NCBI RefSeq assembly: GCF_009914755.1
Contig: NC_060942.1
DNA: 64,000 nucleotides
DNA from: the human T2T-CHM13v2.0 reference genome, Homo sapiens
Reading direction: 5' to 3' (one strand)
The notes beneath the pieces are model-generated. The model saw only the letters and a list, made by a program, of their open reading frames with translations. It was not told where the DNA came from and made no database searches. Of this stretch, positions 54,437-64,000 are shown in pieces; the stretch's first letter is position 1, and each line of letters starts with the position of its first letter. A program made the translations under genes and the position numbers.

Positions 54437-54890
54437 GTTGGTGACTGCCCTGAATTGAATCGTGTTCCCAAAGATTTAGGTCCATGCAGAACCTCAGAAT
54501 CTGACCTTATTTGGAAATAGGGCCTTTACAGTTGTAATTTACTTAAGATGAGGTCATACTGGATTTGGGTGTGTCCTAATCCACTGACTAGTGTCCTTAT
54601 TAGAAACTGGTAAATTTAGGCATAGACACACGGAGAGAGAACACCATGTGACAATGGAGACAGATTGGAGTGACACATCTATAAGCCAAGGAACGCCAAG
54701 AATTGCCAGCAACTACTAGAAGCTGGAAGAGGCAAGAAAGGATCCTCTCTAGAGCTTTCAGAGGGAACGTGGCCCCATCAACACCTTGGTTTCAGATGCC
54801 TAGCCTCCAGAACTGCAAGAAAGTACATTTCTGTTGTTTTAAGGCACGGAGTTTGTGGCACTTTGTTCAGTAGCTGTAGGAAATGAACAT
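54437..54890 (+). mobile_element. MLT1B/C solo LTR
   Basis: acctcagaatctgaccttatttggaaatagggcctttacag...ttaagatgaggtcatactgg...cctccagaactg. Confidence 0.88.
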
Positions 54891-57800
54891 AATGTCCATG
54901 TCCTTTTTTTTTTTTTTTTGAAACGTTTCTTGGATTTTATCCATTATTTCCTCAATCATCTTTGAGCCCCTACTATGGGCAAAGTGTAGGGCTAGGCCCT
55001 GGACAGGCAAAGATGACTGAAGTCTGTAACTACAAATCAACATCCTCAAGAAGTTTAGCATTTATTCATGACTAGAGGGTATGTATGGAGATGGATCAAG
55101 TACAAAGAAGCGCGTAATGAGGCCCTAAGGGAGATAAAGTACTTGGTAGGAGAGTTCAGAGGGTAGAGGGTGATGTCCTGGGAAGGTGGGAGATTTGGGG
55201 TGGATCTTTAAGGATGGAATTGATTTTGCTTAGTAAAGCTGAGAAGCACATTCCATGTAACCACAGAAGCATGGGAGCATGGGGCACATCTCGGGAATGG
55301 CCAGACTGGCTGGAGTGGGAGGTAGTGGCAGATAAAGCCTGACAAATGCGCTGAGCCTGGGTCATGAAAGATTTGAATGCCAAGTTTAGGATTAGGGCTC
55401 AAACCTATAGGCTGAGCATGGAGATGACACTGAAAGGTTCTTGTTGTGGGGAGGCATGACGCAAACTGTACTTACGGGGTAGTGACCAAGCAGCCATTGC
55501 TACTGATGCTTTGAAACCTCCTTGCTGAAAGAACCCCTAGAAATGGCTACAGTCATTCATTAGAGACATTCCTCCACTTTACCCTCAGAGTGGCCAAGCA
55601 CCAGTACACTGAACTGTTTATTTCCAGAAAATTCTTGCCCTGACTCCAAGGAAGCGAACAGGAATGGGTTGAGACAGACAGGACACTGTAAGTCCTAATG
55701 GTCTAGGATCCTACTGGAGATCAATCAGAAAGAAAATAAAATAGCTCCGTGTCACTGTGGAAATAGGATTCCAGTGACAAAAAACGCAATTTGTACCTCG
55801 CTTTTATCTAGCACATGGCTCCAGGGGAGCCTAGACCGGAGGCTTTGGAGAACTCTGTCCTTCCGAACACCAGGACAAATCTTGGGTAGCCCAGGGACCA
55901 TCTCATTTGGCTCTGCACAAGTTCAGCACTGGTGTTTAACTTTTTTCCATTTTTTTTTCTTCCTCCCTGTTATTTAAATGGTTTTAAACATGAAACTAGG
56001 CCAGGAAAAGGGGGTAGCATTGTTTTAATAATTAGCAATTATGATCGCTGCAATATTAATTGCATATTTCCATAGCAAACACTTCCCCAGAGGGCCAAGG
56101 GTGGTTAGAGACTGCCAGAGCCTAAAACTGGAATTCCTGAGAACAGAAAAAGGAAAGAAAAGCAACTTCTTCCATTTAAGCAAATTACCATGGGGACTGC
56201 AAGGCCCCTCTAATTAGCCCAGCTCACTGAGGCTCCTGCGCAGGCTGGTGTGGTCTCACTCAGTGCTACTGGGCCTGCCTGTGCAGGCCTTTGCTCCTTT
56301 CTTTCTCTTATTTTGGTCACTTGGGCAAGGGAGCAGCTTGTTTCCAGGGGGCAGCCGGGCTGGGCTGAGAGCCTGCCCTCCAGAGCTCAGTGGCCCTGGC
56401 CCCTATGCTGGGCCCGGGTTCATTTGTGCAAATCCTAGCCACAGGAGAAGGGTAAAATGGGACAGGACCGCAGGCAATTCTGTATGGTGGCACTGAGGGA
56501 GGGGGCTATGGCTGTAGAGGCCACCGGATCTGCCTCTCCAACTTTGTGACACAGATTGTGGGGCTCAGGGTGGAAATGGGGGGACACAAAGCAGGAGAGG
56601 GAGGAAGGGAACGGTGGGGGGACAAAGGGAAGGTAGCGGCAAAGAAGGAAGAAGAAGCAAATAGATGGAGGAAAGAGAGAGGTGGGGCCCCTGAATTAGG
56701 GGGCAGGAGACAAGAAATGAGGGAGATGAGAGTGAGGACTCAGAAGAAAAAGCATTAGAGCCATTGGCGAAAAGTGAGGTCCTTTGCACTCACCCCAGGA
56801 AGGACTTTGACAACTGCAAGGCATTCCTACTGCAACCCCCAGCTTCAGGGATGACAGCAGAGGCTCCTGCAAAAGTCCACCAACAATTAGGCTAAAGGGT
56901 GAGACCATGGCAGAGTCAACCAGCCTTTCCTGCTCTCTGTCGGGGATTGTCGAGGTGGAAAGACGGTGTGCTCAGAGCCCGGACAGCACCCTGGGTTTGC
57001 AGATCCCATGTATGTCACATGCGACATTTCACTTCATCATCAGAACAACACTTAAGCTACCATTACTATCTCCATTTAACAGGTGGGAAGACTAAGGAAG
57101 GCTGCCATGATCACATACTTAGAAATGTGCAGAGGCTGAGGCTTTTTCTGATGCATTGCACCATTTCCCCCAGCTTCATCCTTCATCAGCCTCTGAGTCC
57201 CTCAAAGCAAACTTCCTAACAGGAGCAAACCCTGCCTGGCTGCCTCTGTATCTGGCACCATTTCACAGGACTTGAAAGTCTTCTCCACACTGTTCCTAGT
57301 CTGTCATGCCCAGGATATTCATTTTAAAGTAACTTGCTAAGCAAAACTCCAAATTCACAAATACAGACGTTGCATGGCAATCATTCTCATTGTAAAAGGG
57401 TTCCCCCCAAGGTGCCTTTAAACAAGGGAGCTCGCCTGTGCATCGAAACGTTTGTTTACAGATCATCGACTCCTCGATGGAGAAGCTGGGAGCCTTGACA
57501 AAGAAACCTACAAACACAACGTCTCTAGCTGCTTCCAGTGGAAAAAGATAAACAATGAAAATAAAGCAGGAGAAGGGAATCCAACTGAGCAATGATCACC
57601 GTGATGATAATACTTTATGCACACGAGCACCTGTCATCCCTCAGCCCTCATCATGCCTCCTGCCCAGTGGCTCAGACCCCTTGTCAGGGCAGCAGTAGTA
57701 ATTCCATCACTTTTACATTGAAAAGCACCCCACAGCTGACTCTGCCCTGGCATCTTTAGTTTCACAGACTACTCCTGGTGATCCCTTTAGGAAGGGCAGA

Positions 57801-58639
57801 AATTATTATCCCAATGGACAGGTGAGGAAAATGAGGTCCTAAAGGTCTCAGTGCCTGGTCTGAGGTCACACCGCCTGTGCATGTAGACTCTCAGCCTCTA
57901 CCGCCCCCTTGGTGTCTCTGAGGCTATTTTCATCACCTCCTATTCACCCTGTCGGAGAGGGTGGGATTCCCCCCTGGGGATATGGGGGTGACCAAACACT
58001 TGATGCCTGACACTGGAAAGATGAGATCAACAGCAGTGTATGAGTCAGATAGACTCACATTCCAGGGAAGAGCGTCCAGCACACCACAGAGGGCCACATG
58101 GGGTTGTTAAAGGAACAGAGTGAACAACCAGGGACATGGCATGCAGCTTTGTAGTACCGAGAGGGTGAAGTGATCACTGAGTCCCACAGGCGAATGCAGC
58201 TGGCTTGTCTGAACATTTCTGTGGCTAGCAGCAAACTGAAACCCACTGCTTGAGGATAAGAAAGAACTGTGCCTGGCCCCCCTGATGCGAAGGTCTCTTT
58301 GGCTAGGTGGCCTTGTCCGTGAGAGCAGAATGGGGAAGGGAACATGCCTGTAGGCCATTCAGGCCTTCCTGGTTTCAGCAGGTGTCAAGGCAGCTCATGA
58401 CATCAGACCTCAATTTTAAGCCTTACCCCCTCAGCGGCTGATGAGAGCCAGCCTCCAACAGTACCCCCAGGGAACACATTTTTCAGCAACATGGCCATAG
58501 ACTCCAAGAAATGGTACCATCCAATGCCAAACCAGGTCCTGAAGGAGCCCAGGGCCAACTCCATTCCCGAGCAGCTTCTCCTCACTCCATGCCAGGGCGA
58601 GATGGCCCTGCAAGCCCCAGCCTACAGCAAGCACTCCCC

Positions 58640-58853
58640 TCCCCACCTTCCCCTGTTAACGAGTCTGGAAGGCTTTGCTCGCTCTGTGTGTGTACAGACA
58701 TTACCTAGCGTATTTTTTATCTTATTTATCCCTGGAAATCTATCTCAAAGCCGCCTTTGGAAATTCCTAAGTAGGATGTAATGCGTGGATTTCAGCCTCT
58801 GCTTGGTAGTTTCTAATGTAGTTATTCCCCAAGCCTTAGCATGCAGGAAGAAA
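58640..58853 (+). other. Duplicated non-coding element, copy A
   Basis: Aligns to 62392-62617: 56/80 ungapped matches from 58671/62431, with a 37/38 identical core at 58745-58782. Confidence 0.85.
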
Positions 58854-60631
58854 CAACCAAAGCAAAACCGTGTTTAACCAAACAACAGCTTGTAGGGGAC
58901 AGACAGGGGAGGAAGGGGGAGGGAGAGGGAGGTCTGGAGAGGGGAAACCAAGTGCAGCCACTGTACCTGTCTCCTCCAAGAGTTTACTGAGTGATTTCAC
59001 ACATCTCCAGTAGACATTCCACTCCCCGGCCCCTATCAGTTTTACAGACTGTGGCCATGGAAGAGGAAGAAGAAGACAGGATCTCTGGCGTTACTGAGGA
59101 AGGGGAATAGAGGTGGCCTCCGTGACACAATATGGAAAAAATACTCTCAATGACATATTTAAAGGATATTTCAATGTTTAAAATGGACATAAACCTTGAC
59201 CCCACGATGATTATAATTACAAAAGGTAAGCATGAATAGGACAAAAATTAAATGGCAACTAGAAAAATGAAAGCACGTAGTAATGATTGTGCAGTGGGTG
59301 GGACCATTTGATGTTTTTTCCCTTTGGTAAGTCCTTTATTATAATAATAATTGTATAATTATAATATTCTCATGTAATTATTAGTAGTTTTGGGGTGACT
59401 GGTAAGAGTCTGGAAAGAAGAAAGGATCTTGGACTCTGAAGTCCACTGAGAACTAACAATCTAGATGAAAGTACAATCAGAGGCATTTGAAAGGGACTTG
59501 AAGCCATCACACAAATATCTCCTAATGAAAAGGTGAAGGAAATGCTGGCTGGGCTTGAAATGAAGGAGAGGCCTGTAGGCAGGAGTGGCTGCCTGGAGGA
59601 GGCAGTCCTGGACTCACTTGGAAATAGAAAGAAATTACCACATGGATTCTTGGTTGACTCCCCTTCTAACCAGGCCAAGTCTCCAGTGGTGTGTTGCTCC
59701 CCAGTGGCTTTTCACCTTTTGTGGAAGACCAGAGCTCCCCCAAATCACTAAAGAGCCAGATCTTGCATCACAGGTTCGAAATTACCCCAGGACAGAAACT
59801 TGCAGGAGGACACGTGAAGGTAAAGAGGCCCAATCAACCTCAACCAAAGACTCCCGGAGGCTCTGGGAAGCTCCATGGAAAGGAATGTGACCCACATGCT
59901 CTCAACTTACCCCTGCCACTCAGTACATTTCTCCAAAACATATCCACACCTTGTCCCCATGCATGGAGACTTCCAGAAAACCCAATGCTGAGAATCTGGC
60001 AGAGATGTTGCCCATAGAAAGCCCCCATGCCTTCTTCATCACTGCTTTCGTGTCTCAAATGGATGTCCAATTGGAGATAACAGATGTTTACTGAACTGAA
60101 CTGGGAGGGGACAAGGACACGAGAGGATGGGACTAGGGTATGGAGTGTATGGGGGCTGGACAACTTAGCACAGATGTGGGTCAGGTTGTGCTGAACCTAT
60201 GGCTCCAGCCCTTGAGGGTTTATCCAGATTCCCCTAACCCTCAGTCCCAGCTCCCATGACATGACTCCCAGCTCCCAAAGGTGTCCAGCTACCTTCCCAC
60301 CCCATGGTTATTATGTGTCAGTGCATGCTAGGGCTCCACATTGTATCTGCATGCCTGTCCACAATATCATTATTGCCACAGAGTGTGGTCATTGTCATAA
60401 TAAAGGTAGATATCTGGGTGTGCAAGGGCCAGAAATGTCAACCAACCAGGGTCTCCATTTCCCTTGTGTCCAGCCAACTAATCTCTCACCCAGGCAGGCA
60501 AGGAGAGAGACTCCAGCACAGGCTGGGATGCTGGGAAGCGGGGCCTGGTTCTTTGCTGTGGGAATGGAAGACAGAGCACTCGAGTCCATATCTTTGGTGA
60601 CAGCAGCTTTGGGAAATGAGGGGCAATTGGG

Positions 60632-61162
<531 letters not shown>

Positions 61163-62391
61163 ACACATCCTAATAGTTGGTTAGCCACAGGTAGACAGGC
61201 AGACCCTAATCCAAGTTGATGCTTTAGCTACAGTAGTCAAGAGAGACAAAGAGAAGGCTTGGGAAGTGGAGCCTGGGGCCACTCCCTGAGCCCATGCAAC
61301 AAAGACTTTCATAGAGAGTCTCAACCATACTGGGGGTGAAGAGAGTTCTGTGAGGGTCCTGGGCAGGACTGGGTGCCACCTCTCCTCTTCACTAACTCTA
61401 CTGCCCACTCTCATATCGGGATCATGGCCAGTTCATCCATGCCATAGTATTTTCTGACAGATTTGAAGAAACTGAATTCTTGGATTTGGACTCTGAAGGA
61501 GTTTGAGTGGGGAATGGGAATATTTTATAGCAACCATCGTATCAACCCCTTGCAATTCCCTCGCCTTGATATAGCAAGATGCCTTTCCACAGGTCTCACA
61601 AGTTGGACCACTCAGTTCTCACCCACCTTGGTTGAATCTCTGTCCATTTCCCTTCCTGTCCTGTCATGATCTTCCTGACCCCAATACCACAGTCACCAGA
61701 CACAACCTGTTATTGTGTTAAACCTGTTCCCACTTGCAGAGCCAGGCTTACATGTCCTCATATTGATTCTTGCCAGTAACAGAATTCAGACAGTGCTTTT
61801 GAAGCTGAGCTGGCATGAGCCCATTTTCTGGTCTTATGGCAACTGCTGAGACTGCCTGCCTGGTTTTTGAGCCCATGCCCTGATGTCAGGAGTCTGTGTG
61901 CTCTCTGTTTTTTTTTTTATTATGGGTCTTGTCTCACATTGCCCCCAAACCTCTGTTCTATTTATCCCCCCTTTATGTCCACCTCCCCCAGCGCCCACCA
62001 CCATCCCTGCCACTGAATCCCACCATTACCACATCACCCCTACAAAACCCTGCTCTCTCTCACTGCTATGCGTTCACCAGCCCCATCAGCCCTCCTGGGC
62101 TTCAGAGCACCCTAGCTGTGTCTTGCCTGCTGACTCCCAGGTCCTTGTCCCTCTGGCCCTCTCCAGTGGCCACTCCACCTTGCTCCCAGGCTTTCCTTGA
62201 CACCCTCAGCTCCAACTCCCCATCCAGCCTGCACACTCCACATAGCCCTCCATCCAGCATGGCACCCCTCTGCCAGCCCACTCCCCACCTCACCTATGAC
62301 CCAGCAACTAGCACACCAGTCACCACAGGGAGGGGCAGGAGGGGCGAAAAAGAACCAGCAGAACAATGGGCTATTGACTACGAATTCCATT

Positions 62392-62617
62392 TCTCTTCCC
62401 ACATCTGGCTATTTAAACAGTTAGAAGACAGGCTTTGCTCACTGTATGTGTGCACACATATTGGCTACACGATCGCCTATCCTACTTATCCTCGGGAATT
62501 TGTTTCAAAGCCGCCTTTTGGAAACTCCTAAGTAGGATGTAATTCGGTGGATTTCATGTTCTGCTCACTGTCTGGCAAAGCAGTTTATTCCACAAACCCC
62601 TGGCATACAGGGGGAAA
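62392..62617 (+). other. Duplicated non-coding element, copy B
   Basis: Paralogue of copy A in the same orientation, offset 3760 bp. Confidence 0.85.
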
Positions 62618-64000
62618 GAGCATGCATGAAAAATGGGGCTGCTCTTTGCCCAAATACCCTGACATTGTCTCCACCTAGGTTTGAGAAGGGACCTCCTTGC
62701 CTAGACAGGATCTGTGTAAAGTTTCTGAATGTCTAAATTTTTACATTCTCAACTTCAATAACTTAGGTTGTTAGTATGAAAGAAGCAGTCTGCAAATGGC
62801 ATTTAAAAGCAAATTGGATTTTCTTCCCCCAGCTGATACAGCCCTCGGTTCTGCTTGCCAGAGAACGCAGTTTACTTCTGTCTGAAGCAGCCATTTGTCA
62901 TGTGTCAGAGGATCAGAAATAAAATTCCTTTGTGTACGACTGTCTAATAAAGAGGGTCTTAATGTTAATAATTTACCTCTAAATGCCGTTTACACATTGT
63001 TTTTCTTGCACCTTCAATCTAAGGTATTGAAGCTGAAAGGTGGATGAGGATTTTCTGAAGATCCTAAATATGTGTTCCGGAATACCATTTACATCAAACA
63101 GCACCTTCTTTATATTCCAGGCCAGTGACTCTGCTTGTAGGTGTTAATGTGTATGAGGAAAGTCGTCCGCTTGGTGTGGGGGTTGGGGAGGTGGGGAAGA
63201 AGCGTAAATCCTTGGGACACAGGAAGGACGAGGGCAGGAGGATGGGTTTGCGACAGAGGAAGGAAGAGAACAGAAAAGGAACAAAGCTGGGACATTCGAC
63301 ATTTGACAAACATGCCCAGAGGGACTTAACGTGCCACCTTTCTCTTTGACAATACGGCCACAGGCACAGACCCAAAGGCTTCCTCGCCTTCAAGACCTTT
63401 CTGGAATGAGGGATGGCCCAAACTTACATATTAATTGACAAATAGAGACATATTCACCTCCTTTATGTGCCACCTGCCCTGGCCCTCCCATCCCCAGCAG
63501 GTGAGGATCCCCTTCTCTGACTCCTGCAGCCCCTGAGGCACATTTCTTTTAGGCTCTTATCACTGCCATGTGCCTGGGTTCCCATCGGACTGGGAGGTTC
63601 AAGGTCATGGACCAATCTCTTCATGTCTTTATCCTCAAGGTCTAGCACAGTGCTCATCACATAGAGATCACCAAAGAAGAAGCTGTTGAATAAATGAAAG
63701 GCCCAGTCCCTGCTACCAAGTTGCCCATAGTCTAGGGCAGAAGACAGAAGCAAATAGAGGGTCACAGTGCAGGCTGAGGATGCTGCAGGGAGAGGGGACC
63801 CCAAGCCTCAGAGGCTTCCAACAGCAAAGGCTCACTTCTTACTCACCTTCATGACCATCACAGGTTGGTCATCACCCTCTGCTCCACGACCTCTTCACTT
63901 CAGGACCAAGGTGGAAGGAGCATCCAGGAGCATGCCAAGTCCTGGGCGTGCAGGTCTTACAGCATGGGGAAAAGAGAAACAGTGGAGCAACACAGAAGGG

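Noticed and set aside
58430-58465. Hammerhead-like CTGATGA followed by a short stem
   Set aside because: The required GAAA after stem II is absent (caac instead).
58766-58782. Minus-strand ACATCCTAC shared with miR-30b/c
   Set aside because: Only 9 nt match and the seed region does not; coincidental.
61896-62531. 211-aa ORF ending in twin copy B (RLCSLYVCT vs RLCSLCVCT in copy A)
   Set aside because: Copy A has an in-frame stop and a 1-nt indel, and the mismatches lack third-position bias, so the similarity is not coding.
62431-62560. H/ACA snoRNA reading of the twin element (ACACGA as H box)
   Set aside because: The H box is not kept in copy A and there is no ACA box after the second hairpin.

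Overview
Primate genomic DNA, almost certainly human or great ape, judged from the Alu elements and an L1PA2-type L1 3' end. It looks intronic or intergenic. I recognise no protein-coding gene, tRNA or rRNA, and the supplied ORFs read as chance or repeat-derived. The window is a mosaic of L2, MIR, old L1/HAL1, MaLR/MLT LTRs, hAT MITEs, ten Alus, microsatellites, an AT-only array and a 23-bp C-rich VNTR, separated by several non-repeat blocks rich in homeobox/POU/GATA motifs that look like enhancers. The most unusual signal is a pair of diverged ~200-bp direct copies 3.76 kb apart (58640-58853 and 62392-62617). They share a nearly invariant 38-nt core, and both can be folded by hand into the same ~85-nt + strand hairpin with G-U-tolerated differences. 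Repeat family names come from my recall of consensus sequences, not from a database search, and most boundaries are approximate.
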